Source: Azolla caroliniana (lineage: Eukaryota > Plantae > Polypodiophyta). Taken from it: a stretch of DNA of 64,000 nucleotides. Position numbers and translations under genes: made by a program. The stretch covers positions 19,840,001 through 19,904,000 of the forward strand of contig JBHGNT010000011.1 of the NCBI GenBank assembly GCA_043228905.1, read 5' to 3'. How positions within the stretch are numbered: the first letter of the stretch is position 1; the number at the start of each line of letters is the position of its first letter. A model generated the notes under the pieces. The model was not told where the DNA came from. It saw only the letters and a list, made by a program, of their open reading frames with translations, and ran no database searches. Positions 13,078-25,593 of this stretch are shown piece by piece.

Positions 13078-16000
13078 TCAGATCTGTCTGGTTTGGTTCC
13101 TTCGTTTGGCTCATCCGATCCGGCTCCTCTGGTTCTCATCCAGATCCCATCCGGAGGGAGCAAATTCCCAACAAGCTCCCCCTTCACTCCAGCATGGGAT
13201 GCCTTGTCAGTCTTATCTGTCTCCTACACACGTCTAGTTTGTCGACTGTCAACACCTTGGTCAGCATGTCCGACGCATTCTCCTCTGTGTGGATCTTCAA
13301 CAACATGAAGTCTTGATCATCTACTCTCTCCTGGAGTTAGTGGTATCTATTCTGGATGTGCTTCGTCCTGTAGTGGTACGCTGCGTTCTTCGCGAGGTGG
13401 ATGACACTTTGACTATCGCAGTAGAGTCGGAATTCCTCCTCTTGGATCCCTAGCTCTCCGATGAAGTCCTTCATCTAGATTACCTCTTTATCGGCTTCTA
13501 CGACTACCATGTACTCAACTTTTGTTGTCGATAGTGCAACGGACTTCTGTAGCCTCGACTGCCACGATACGGCTCCCCCTCCATAAGTCATGATATCTCC
13601 GAATGGAGACTGACTGGTATCCGCATCATCGGGCATATCTGAATCCGTGAATCCTTCAAGTTGGGGTTTCCCTAAGCCGAATCGGAGACACATACTCGAG
13701 GTGCCTTTCAAGTACCGGAGTAACCACTTGACCGCAGTACAGTGTTCTCGTCCCTGATTGCTCATGAATCGGCTGACCACTCCGACTGCATATCCGATAT
13801 CTGGCCGGGTACACACCATTGCGTACATCAAGCTTCCCACGACAGAGGCATATGGTATCTTCATCATCTACGACTTCTCTGCCTTTGTCTTCGGGATTTG
13901 CTTCCCAAACAGCTTGAAGTTTGCCGGAAGTGTCGACCCGACTGGCTTGGCATCTGACATACTGAACCTTTGGAGCACCTTTGTCACATACTTCTCCTGT
14001 GACAACCACAACAGCTTCTTTGTCCGGTCTCAGACTATATGCATCCCCAATATCTGTCTTGCCGGACCCAAATCTTTCATTGAGAAGGTCCGGTTGAAGG
14101 CCTTCTTTAGATTCCCGATTTTGGTTCGATTTGGTCCGACAATCAACATGTCATCCACATACAAAAGGAGTATCAAGAAGTCTCCTCCGTCGAACTTCTT
14201 CACAAATACGTAGTGGTCGGCCTGCATATTGTGGTATCCTTCATCGGTCATGAAGGAGTCGAACTTCCGGTACCATTGCCGATGAGCTTGCTTGAGTCCG
14301 TATAAGCTCTTCTTCAACCAGCATATCGGGTGCTCCTTCCCTTTCTTGACGAATCCTTTCGACTATTGCATGTAGATCTCTTCTTCTAGGTCGCCATGTA
14401 GGAACGTCGTCTTGACGTCTAGTTGCTCTACCTCGAGGTCCATGCTTGCCGCTATGCTCAACACAGTCCGGATGGTGTCATCTTCACTACTGGGCAAAGA
14501 TCTCATCGAAATCCACTCCTTTCTTTTGTTGGAAGCCCTTCACCACAATGCGGGCCTTATATCTTGGTGGATTTCCGGAGTCCCATGGTTTCAACTTGTA
14601 CACCCACTCGCTGTGGATTTACCAGTCCATACTCGTTGTGATGTGTCTCCTTCCAAGGGTGCTGAGGGTGATCTGTTTATCACGTACGTCGCCGTCATCA
14701 ACGCCTCGGCCCAAAACGTCTTGGGTAACTTGGAATGTGCCAACATGCTCCAGACTCTCTCCATCACAGTCCGGTTCATCCTTTCGGCCAATCCGTTCAG
14801 TTCCAACGTCTTCCGCACGGTGAATTCGAGCCAGATTCCCTTCGAACGGTAGTACTCCTCGAACTGCCCATGGTATTCTTCTTCGGTATCCGCGCAAACC
14901 ACCGTCAACTTCCGGCCAGTTTCCCTTTCCACCCTCGCATGGAGTTCCTTGAAGACAAACACCACCTGATCCTTCTTCTTCAATGGTGATAGCCACAACT
15001 TCTAGCTATGGTCATCTATGAATGTCACGAAGTACTGCGATCCAACATGTGACTTCATGTCCACTTGGCATACATAGGTATGCACAAGTTCCAGCAGGGT
15101 ATTCGATGGTCGCACGTGTTTCACCTTCGGAATGAGATTATCTTCGAGAAGTCTTCTCATCCCTTTCTAGCTCATGTGACACAACCTCTTGTGCCATAGC
15201 TCACCTCATTTTCAAATGCCACATCACTTCCTCCTGGAAAATCCTGGCATGCACCAGGTATAGTGTGTTGATCTTCCGGGCTCAAGCCATGATCAGGCTC
15301 CCTTTGCAAAACTTCATGACTCCGTTCCGGATGCTACCTGTGCAACCTTCATAATCTAGCCAACCGGTTGATATCAAGTTCAACCGAATCTCCTAAACGT
15401 GTCGAACATCCTTCAGCAACAACTTGCACCCGGTTAACGTCGTCAACCACACGTCTCCTATGTCGACAATTTGGCATGCACCTTCATTTCCCATCCGGAC
15501 AGAACCGTGATCTCTGGCTCATGTACGATGAGAAGCACTTCCGGTCGGGAGTAAGATGGAACGATGCTCTGGAGTCGACTTCCCAGGTCGTTTTGTCGCT
15601 GACAAGATGCAACTCGCTATCCCTGGTGATAAGCAACAATTCTTCTTGGCTTGTTGCGACTGCCGACGTTCCTTTTTTATCCGAACTACTTCGGTTCGGA
15701 CCCTTCTTCGACTCGACATTGTCCGTTCCTTTCTCCTTCCGGAAGTGTCGACAATTCTTCTGGAAATGCCTCGGCTTCCCAAAATAGAAGCACGTAGGCC
15801 TCCCCCTTGACTTCGATCTCGTCCCCGATTTGTCCCGGTTCTGGGGAATCCTATTTCGGTTTCTTCCTCATTGTGTGCCGGATTCGGTAATCAAGGCTTT
15901 TGTGTCGGAGATCACTTCTTTGTCTTTTTGACATGCCTCTTCATCTAGCAAGCCCGACTTCATTCTTGCTAGGGATAGTTGCTTTCCTTCAGGCCCGGTG

Positions 16001-18135
16001 TTGCCCAAGGTGACAACTAGCGTCTCCCAACTATCCGAGAGGGAATCAAGCAATAGCAACGCGAGAACCTCATCGGCCAGAGGTACTTCCAACAAGGTGA
16101 CTTGATTTGCGAGCCCCTGGAAGGCATTCATGTGCTCCGTCATACTTGAGTTGTCTTGATATCTGAGTCTCACCAACTTCCGAAAAACCGAGACTCGATT
16201 TACGGCATTCTTGTTCTCAAACATTATGTCTATCTTCTACCACAACTCATTTTCCTTGTTCTCTTCATTAAAGTTGTTGTACAGGCTCATGTCGATGAAG
16301 CATCTTATGTATGTTGTCGTCTTCATGTGCATCACCTCCCAAATCGTGGCGTCTTCCCGGCATATCCAGGCATTCATCAAGTACAATGTGTTGACCTTCC
16401 GGGCTCGAGCCACCATTAAGCTCCCTTTGCAGAACTTCATGACACCGTTCCTGATGCTACTTGTGTAGCCTTCATCATCTAGCTGACTAGCTAATATCAG
16501 GTTCAGTCGAACCTCCGGTACATGTCAGACATCCTTTAGCAACAGCTTGCATCCGGTTGATGTTGTCAACAACACATCTCCTATGCCGATAATTCGGCAT
16601 GTCCCTCACTCTCCTCGTCGTTCCCTTCCGGTCCAGGCCTCGCCGATTCGAACCGTTTCGGTTCAGTGACTTCTTCGAATCAGTACTGTCGGTTCCCTTG
16701 TCTTTCCGGAAATGCCGACAGTTCTTCTAGAAGTGCCCCGACTTGCCGCAATAGAAGCAAGTGGGCCTCCCCCTTGACTTTGACCGTGTCCCTAACTTTT
16801 CCCGGTTCTGGGGACTCTGATTCCTTTGTCTTCCGCGTTCCGATTCGGTAAGGAGGGCTTTGGCGTCGGAGATCACCTCCTTGTCTTTCCGACGTGCCTC
16901 CTCATCTAGCAAGCTCGACTTGACCCTTGCTAGGGATAGTTGTTTTCCTTCCGGCCCGGCGTTGCCCAACGTGTCAACTAACGTCTCCCAGCTATCCGAG
17001 AGGGAACCGAGCAAGAGTAGAGCAAGTACCTCATCAGCGAGAGGTACTTCCAACGAGGTTGCTTGGTGTATCAGCCCCTTGAAGCCATTCATGTGCTCTG
17101 CCATATTGGAGCTGTCTTGGTACCGGAGCCTCACTAGCTTCCGAAATACCGAAACCCGATTAACGACATTCTTGTTCTGGAACATGATGCCGATCTTCTC
17201 CCAGAGTTCATGAGCCTTGCTCTCTTCATTGAAGTTGTTGTATAGGCTCATGTCGATGAAGCACCAGATGTATGTCGTTGTCTTCATGTGCATCACCTCC
17301 CACACCGTGGCATCAATCTTATCCGGTCTCTTGTCCCCGAACTGAACCGGCAACCAAATATCTTTAACCACTAGCATGTCCCTCATCTTTGACTTCCACA
17401 CTGAGTAGTTGGAGCCGGTGAGCTTGAACATGCCACCGAAAGATTCTTCCATTTTCTGTGTTGTTCGCTATGATACCAGTTTGATGAGAAATGCACGGAA
17501 TATCGCTAAGCCACAACCGAGTAATAAATCACTTCTATAAGAATCAAACACAGAAATGGGAAGTGGAGAGTACACAAGAAAAATGACACAGGATGTTTAC
17601 GTGGAAAACCCTAATAGGGAAAAACCACGAGAGCCCACAGACTCTGAACTATCACTATGAAGAGAATGGGTACAATCAGAGACTCGGAGGCAACGACCTC
17701 GAGCTCTGTTTCTTCGCACTATGGCGGTTACAATAGAGTATCACTTTGTATCTCTCTCTCTCTCTCACACACACACACTCTGTCGCTCTCTCTATACAAC
17801 GGTTACAACAACAATAACAACCATACTAAAGTGATTGCCCTAAGTCATACTTATATGAACTTAGGGCTATTTACAAATATAGCCTCAATGGGCTTACTCA
17901 GAAACATATTTACAAATATGTCTTCTACATCCGGTTCTCAAGATCCCATCCAGAGGGACCGAAATCCCAACAATATGTTCATGTATCCGGTTCACACCGG
18001 ATTCATCCGGATACCTTCTGGATCTGTCCAGTCTGGTTCCTTCCTTTGGATCGTCCGATTCGGCTCCTTCGGTTCTCATCTGGATCCCATCCGGAGGGAG
18101 CAAATTCCCAACAACCTCCCCCTTCACTCCGGCAT
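13078..18135 (-). mobile_element. Degenerate Ty1/copia (Tnt1/Tork-like) element with duplicated gag-protease region
   Basis: LTR 17482-18113 (TG..CA). PBS TGGTATCATAGC (tRNA-iMet-like, 17467-17478). gag 17452-16727 ending in a CCHC knuckle. Second gag 16345-15640. Protease VDSRASFHLT, integrase ELNGLAERMNRT, RT LLLYVDDML, RNase H GFTDSD/SWQSRLQ. PPT 13175-13187 next to an LTR remnant at 13078-13173. Confidence 0.92.
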
Positions 18136-18650
18136 AGTATTGGTGCACAGGAAAACAAAGATTCAAGCGTCCTTGTGGTCATTACTCAATGGAAGTATTC
18201 CTCTAAAGATTCGACATTCTGTATGTGGACAACATTTGGTAAGATTGTGGCAAGATGCATTATCTCTTTTTGAATGGGGACCATCAAGTGATCGAGAATA
18301 TTGTAATTCATTACAAAATGAATTGCTTGTTTCTTCTCGAGTGTTGTTTTGGCATGGGAAAGAGAAGTTGAAATCTCAATTCAATCATTTATTTCGATTG
18401 GGGATTGTACATTTGGAAGATGTGGTTGATAATGAATCTCAAAGGGTTTAGGGTTTAGGGTTTAGGGTTTAGGGTTGCCAAGCGATGGTTATGTATTCCC
18501 CCAAATTATGGATTTATTTAGGAGAAATTACAACATATACCATTGTTGCAAGGATCGTTGCCATTGAAAACAAATTTTACACCTTGGGTGGATTGGTGGT
18601 TACAAGATGGTACAAGCTTGTTACAGGTCACTACAAATATATTGTATTAT
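18136..18650 (+). mobile_element. Probable LINE ORF2 3' fragment
   Basis: Peptide HLVRLWQDALSLFEW...LFRLGIVHLEDVVD resembles the post-RT region of L1-like elements. It is interrupted by telomeric repeats. Confidence 0.45.
18443..18476 (+). repeat. Interstitial plant telomeric repeat (TTTAGGG)4
   Basis: Sequence reads AGGG-TTTAGGG-TTTAGGG-TTTAGGG-TTTAGGG-TT, with perfect units. Confidence 0.9.
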
Positions 18651-18652
18651 CA

Positions 18653-20130
18653 TGGGGCCTAGGAAGAGGTATAAATATGAGGCTTACCTACCCTCATAAG
18701 GACATTATGTTGGAAGGATGTTGTCTTAGACATCGGTATCTCGGTGGATTTTATTGTTAGTTTACCTCGTACACAGAGGGGTCACGATGCCATTTGGGTT
18801 GTTGTTGACCGACTAACAAAATAGGCTAGATTTATTCCTAACCAAACCACGGTAACCACTGAACAATTAGTTTATCAATTTGTTGATGAGTTATTTCATT
18901 TTTATGGATTACCGATGGATATTGTTAGTGATCGAGATTACAAGTTTACTAGTGACTTTTGGACTCATGTCTTTAAGATCATAAGTTCCGCAGATCATCC
19001 TCAGTCTGATGGACAAATTGAACAACTTAATCAAATTATTGAGGACATGCTTCGAGCTTAATGTAGCAAAAACCCCTTCTATATGGGAGCAATGTAACCT
19101 TCTTATCTTAGAATTTGCCTATAATAGCTCAAAACATACATCCATTGGATATAGTCCTTTTATATTGATGTATGGTTTTCAACCGTGTGCCCCAGTCGAT
19201 GTCACGATTCATCATTATACATTCAATAGTACACACGATTGTTTGCAAGACATGAACGAAATGTTGCATATTGCCAAAAAAAATTGTTTAGATAGCTCAA
19301 GATCATGCTCGATTTTGTGTTGATCAGGATAAACGTCCTCGTGCATAAACTATTGGTTAAAAAGTTTTTTTGCGTGTCCCCATTGACTCTACGTCATTGT
19401 CGCCCATATGAAATCCTTAAGTGAGTTGGGCCATCTGCTTATCACCTTGCCTTATCCCGTAACGTTGGTATTGATCTTGTTTTTCACATCCGTTGTCTAA
19501 AACCATTTTTAGGCTCTAGCGATAACACCATCACAATCCAGGATCTTGTAACATTAGAGGATTTTTCTTACAAACCTCATGTTCCTGAACGAATTCTTGA
19601 TTCTCGTACTAAACTTTTACGTTCTAAAGAGATTCAACTATTCAAGATCAAACAGATGGATAAACCTATTCATGATGCCACATGGGAACACGAGCATACT
19701 CTTAAGGCACAATATCCTCACTTTATATTGCAAGAGTGCAATCTTTTAAAGTAGGGGAATATGTTATGAACATATACATAGGTGAGGGTAGGTCACTAAT
19801 ATTTACATAAATGAAGGGTATGTTCACTAATGTTAGTTTAAAGGGGACCAATGTGATTGGATAGAAGGAATGATAGGTGCATGCACTATCATGATTTGGA
19901 CAACCAATGAATGGAGAACCTTCTAGAAAAGCACATCTATTCAAGGGGCCTATGAAGAGGTATAAATATGAGGCTAGCTACCCTCATAAGGACATTATGT
20001 TGAAAGGCTATTGTCTTAGACATCGGTCGTGCGTGTTGGGCTTTTGTCTCGATGATTGTGTTATCTCTTCCAAGGTATTAGTCATCCTAATATTCGGCGG
20101 TATGGGACATTGGTGGTAGGTTGACTATGT
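18653..20130 (+). mobile_element. Ty3/gypsy chromovirus remnant (integrase + chromodomain, PPT, 3' LTR)
   Basis: Degenerate integrase (DFI..LPRT..G.DAI.VVVDRLTK, DIVSDRD.KFTS.FW, DHPQSDGQ, EFAYNSSKH). Chromodomain-like PERILDSR..DATWEHE. PPT AAGTAGGGGAA before an LTR starting TGTTATG near 19761. 18653-18737 repeats LTR sequence found at about 19945-20027. Confidence 0.8.
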
Positions 20131-20135
20131 CTAGA

Positions 20136-20919
20136 TCATAACTCGGGGGTGGTATGGCTTGTAATCGACATATCCTTGTGTTGGATGTCATTCAACTCTT
20201 GACGGAGTTGGAGTTTTCGCGTGGTCATGTTTGCCGCGAAAATCTTTTTGAGGTTCTCCCAAGTTTCCTTCAACGTCTTGGCCTCTCGGATATAGCCAAG
20301 CATGTGGTCATGAACACATGATGCAAGACAATATAACACATAACTTGTTGTTGTTCCCATGTCAAGTAGTCGGCTTGTGTTGGGTTGGGTTTTGTTTCTT
20401 GCATTTCTTCAATGTAACTCCAATAGCGTTGGCCGACAAGGTATTGGTGTATCTTGTATTCCCAAGATGCAAAGTTATTTCTGTCACGCTTTTCACTGGG
20501 GAGAGAGCTGACCATTTGATTATCCCTCATGGTCGAAATTTGTTTTCTTCTTCTTCTTCTGTATTTGATGAGCCGGTGCTTCTAAAGTGCATGGGAAACT
20601 TGTAAAAACTAGTGTAGTATGTTAGCAATATCTGAATATAGTGTTGTTCCTCCGAATCACTGTGTCTCTCAGTTGTTGCGTATACTCTGTCCGTGATTAA
20701 GCGTGTAAGTGCTTTTGTGTAAAAATTACGCAACATGAGAGGAAATTGGTTGTAGTCGTCTTCCTAAGTCTCTTTCCCCTAAGCTTATGCCAAGCTACGC
20801 ACTACACTCACAACCATTCCTAAATAGCATGTATATGCTCCCCATTCCTTGCACCATAATCTTCTTGAGCCGTACCCCGAAGGACTGAGGGTAGGTCTTG
20901 TTTACCCTACTTGGTAACA
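20136..20919 (-). mobile_element. Ty1/copia 5' fragment: gag plus putative LTR (20601-20919)
   Basis: gag peptides FASWEYKIHQYLVG and LASCVHDHMLGYIREAKT..RKLQLRQELNDIQH. A TG..CA-bounded 319-bp segment lies upstream. Confidence 0.7.
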
Positions 20920-21996
20920 AGAAGTTGAGTTTGATTCTCAACACCTTAATTAATTGAAAAACACCCCTTTTCTTTAGTTGATGTTTCAATGTACAAATGT
21001 TTTTTGCTATGCATTTATTGCTAATTAACACATATGCATGGCTTGTTGTACTATTGCAATTTATTGTTATTATGGTGAGATGTGACATATTGTTGAGACC
21101 TTTGGGCATGAATGAGGATAGACTCTAGAGAGAGCATAAACCTTATTCAATATGATAGTTCTTGTCGTGTTGTTTGGGTCTTGGTTGGATGCTTCTTACT
21201 TGTTGCTTGATTTGACATTTCTTTCAAAGTTTCATTTTGTATTATTTGCCTTTCTATTTAATGTTTATCTATGTAGTTGTTGTTATGTTTTTGTAGAATT
21301 CTTATACTTTTATGGAATCCAAGCAAATTTCAACAATTTCCTTCTTGTGGATGTGTGAGTATTAAGAGAAAACATTTCATTATATTTATGCCAACTTGGA
21401 ATAACAAGTGTGGCTAACAATGGCATTGTGATTTATGGCTCGTGGTTATTAAGTCACATTCCCTCTTTATTTTCTCATCAAGTTACTTTCTAAATGTATG
21501 ATTAATTATTCATGAATATGATTTCCAAAGCATGATTGTGTATATCAACAATAAATTGTGTCAGATAATTAATGTTTAGAATCATAACTAGCAAAATGAT
21601 AATAATCATGAGCATATAATTAGAAAAAACCACGTGTTAATCTCCATACCACTTTATGTCTTCTTGTTGTGACTTAACACACGTAATACCAATTGTCATG
21701 TGATTAGGAAACTACGAAACTTAAGTATGTAGCCTTTGAAATTAAGCAACTACGTCTAGTTAGAATTGTTATTTTGTTGACTCTAGTTTAAAAAGCCTTG
21801 CAACCAGAGAAAAATAAAAAATATTTATCACGAGATTGAATTTCACTTTCAACACATTGTGCACATGTTGATTTGTGCATCTTTGCGTACTCTTTATAAT
21901 AATGAAATGTATAAGTATGTCGCATTATATAGAGCTTTTCATTTTTGAAAATTGTATGTTGAAAAGCACCGCTTGTTTTTATTATCATAACTCTTC

Positions 21997-22000
<4 letters not shown>

Positions 22001-22046
<46 letters not shown>
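22001..22046. repeat. (CT)n microsatellite
   Basis: Pure CT run, absent at the paralogous position in copy 1 (about 7710). Confidence 0.9.
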
Positions 22047-22049
<3 letters not shown>

Positions 22050-22109
22050 CGTAAATTGATGTTGGTTATTAAAACAAGATAATAATACATTTTACAACCC
22101 TTGTTATCT

Positions 22110-25100
22110 TCATTACTTCATAAGAGTGATAGTGCAAAGGAAACCCTCTCAAGTGATGTAAAACTAGATCACATAGGCCTATCTCCTCTCGAGACAACAT
22201 CCCCATACAACATAATTATGAAAATTGTCAAATCAACTTCCCTTTCATCCTGTGAAGTTGTTGTGTTACCCCATGAAGTCCATCAAACAAAAACCCATTT
22301 CTCATGATCCAATTAAACCACATCCCCCAATATCTGAGGTAGTCAAACACAATCTTATATGGTGGTGCAAGCATAGCTTTATCCTTATCAATAAAAACCC
22401 AATTATAAGGCAACAAAATATTTCCAGTTAACAATGCCCAAATTTGTGATATAATCACCCAAATGGCTTTAGCAAGCGAACATGTAATGAACCTATGTCT
22501 AGCATCTTCTTCAACTATCATACAGAAAAACATGTCCCATTCAATATATGCTTTCGTTTTTAAGGCCATCGACAAAGGCAGTGCACCAACTAAAGCATGC
22601 CAAAGAAACACCTTTGCATGAAATGGAAGATTGTATCTAAAACTCTACGCCACCACTTTACATGTCAAGTAATATACCATGTATCCAAAACCTTACTTGC
22701 TAACCAAGATCTATATTCAACCAACTTATGGTAAACATCATTAGTGTGCACCATTAAAATCAATTTCCCAATACCAAATGACCAATCTTTCCATGGGTCC
22801 TTGACCACCAACTCTGGAATCGGGAAAACTAATCTAAGCAAAGCCAATATTGATTGCCAAATATGCCAATATCCTCCAATTGTCCCATAGCATGTTTTAA
22901 CTTATCATGTCCAAGAAAAGATGAATTAAATCTCAATGCTTTTCGTCCCAATAAAATTCTAAAACCCTCTACATTTTGATGTGTGCATTAACCAGGAATT
23001 TATCTAATGATCCAATTCCCCTATACACGTGCATAGTCAAAAACTCTGGCAAGAATGTGTCATCATGTATAATATAAATACGATCCAATCTACTTCATGT
23101 TGGTGTTTATTGTGATGATTGAAACGTATAACCAACATCATTTCCATAATTTGATCCAAGTCCATGCATCATACTTAAGACCTCCATCATAAACAAATCC
23201 CATACCTTTCGTTCAGGAGCATCCATTACGCCATGCATCTAAGTAGATTGGACGATCTCAAAACATATATTAAAATCCCCTAACAAAAAACATGATCTTC
23301 CATGACATAAAACTTGATTTAAACAACTCCAAAGATCCATGCGTTGCATTGCAACATTTGATCTATAAATACCAACCACCCAATTTTGATTCCCTTCATA
23401 ATTAATTTCAAGCACCAAGAACCGACCACTTACATCTCTTTGAACCACTACTGATTGCAAACTATCCCTTACAATAAGCATTACACCAGAATAAGTCCCT
23501 CCATTGACTCCAACATAAAAAGAAGCCTTGTATTGCTTATGATGAGAAAAAGACCCAGACTTAGCATGCTCCTTATGTTCTACTGCACATAATATATCCC
23601 GTTGACTACTAAAAATATATTTCCACATGCCATATTGCTTAGATGGAGATCAAATTTCCCTCACATTCCATGTGACTATCTTCGTCACTCACTACTTATG
23701 TTTTATCTTGGCCTATTCTTGTTCCCGTTGTGCCAATATCTTTGGTATATCACCAAAATAATCACTTAAAACTGCAAACGCATTTTGCACAGATGGCCAT
23801 TGAATATTGGCAGAAACCATTGTCCCTAGTGAATTATTTATTTTCCAATTTTGTTTATGTAACGGTAAACTGATTTTATTGTTCTTATCAAACCTAAATT
23901 TATAAGGTTTTGTCCCTTGATTAGATTGTTTATACTATGACCCTTGCCACGGTTTTGGCCCTCCTTTCAAGTTATCATAATTATGTGCATGTGATAACCC
24001 CATAGGATCCCTAGAGGAACTACCCCTCTCTTGCCCATGTTGTTCATACACTTTGTCATTTTGGTACCTTGGCTGATTGACCTTTGAGGCCACCTTAATC
24101 CAAGATCCATCCTCATCCCTTACATCTTGTTGTCATTCTTCAATATCTTTTTCTTTGTGTTCCAAAATAACGACATTGTTACCTTTTTCCACATTTGCTC
24201 CCTTACTTTTCAACATCTCATCATCATTCAGTACATACTCTAGCATTAACACATCACCATGGGAATTATTAGTCACCTCCACTACCTGTTTTTGTTGACA
24301 TTCTGCCATGAAGTGGCCCAAATCACCACATCAGAAGCAATGACCGGCGAATGATCCCCAATGTAATTGGCAACGGAATGACTTCCATCTCTTCAGTTTT
24401 TATGTTTAACCACAAAGGTCTCTTTTTAGCTATATTCTATAACATACATAACCTATATCTATTATATGCTTTGACATTTGGGGCTACTATCACCTTTCCC
24501 AATTATTCCATTGTACGTTGAACTATAGGCCATAAGAAAGAAAATTTACACTCTACTTCCACCCATATTGGACACTCTTGTTTCAAAATTTCGTGAAACT
24601 CGGCTAGTGGTCTCCAAGGGACAATATAGACTAAATTATTATTGTAAAAGACTAGAAGACGTGATAACAATCTACCCTGTTGTTCTTTGGTGCGAATAAT
24701 GACCTCAAGAAAACCCCTTGGAGCTTTATACACATCTTCCACACTATTTCTACCTATCATAGTTCCTAATATTCGCGTACGTCCAATTTACTGGACGTAC
24801 GCGAACGTACGTGTATGATACGCGATATTTGTTTGGCTTTTTTTTTGGGGGGCGGGTTTTGGCTTTTTAAAATTTTTGATATTTATAATTCTTTGTGAAT
24901 AGAAGTGACGTCGGACACACACACACTCTATTTCTCTTTCACACGAGAAGTGACAGATCTTCTCTCTCTACAAAATCTAGATATCTAATATACATATTAC
25001 ACACTCCCTCACATACAGAAAACCCATAGATCCTCTCTCTCTCTCTCTCTAGAGTCTAGATATACACTCAACCACTGTCTCCTCACACATGCAAAACAAG

Positions 25101-25365
25101 GCTTCTCTCTCTAGACCACACACACACACACACTCTCTCTCTCTCCCTCACACACACACACACTATGTACACCATATACACCATATGTATATATATCTAT
25201 GTACCGCGTATGGATTTCAATCATACTTGGAGCCTTTTCACGTATGAGTATGATACGAATATTGACGTTTGAGTATGACACGAATGGGACGTATGGCTAG
25301 AACTATGCTACCTACCATTGCATTTAGCCATTGCATCAGGCAATGTACCAAAGGATTTTTCTTTG
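22110..25365 (-). mobile_element. Internally deleted LINE (ORF1, endonuclease, 3' zf-RVT; RT missing)
   Basis: ORF1 (PRGFLEV..VPWRP..CPIWVE, GHCF..GHFMAEC), endonuclease (DILCAVEHK, GRFLVLE, LLGDFN) and zf-RVT (FLWHALVGALP..CMIVEEDARHRFITC). Confidence 0.8.
24758..25307. mobile_element. hAT-type MITE (550 bp), 287 bp upstream of the MATE copy 2 ATG
   Basis: TIRs CATAGTTCCTA/TAGAACTATG and 8-bp TSD CTACCTAT (24750-24757) / CTACCTAC (25308-25315). Internal CA/CT microsatellites. Confidence 0.8.
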
Positions 25366-25593
25366 TAAAGAACCAAATAATGTCTCTCTCATGAAACATG
25401 GCAAAGACCTTTAATATTTATATTCATTATCATCATTGAAACCTTTATGCAATTGAATATATACAGACACTCCTTTTATTTATATTTCTCTCTAGCCTTG
25501 CTAAGACTTGGCTTCTGATAGATTCATTAGCTTGGTAACCTGAACTCTCTATTGTGTTAAAAATAATAATTATTCTGTAATTCCCCCCCAATC

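Noticed and set aside
17657-18451. 264-aa ORF as a novel gene
   Set aside because: It is a chance fusion of antisense LTR sequence (with microsatellites) and a LINE fragment.
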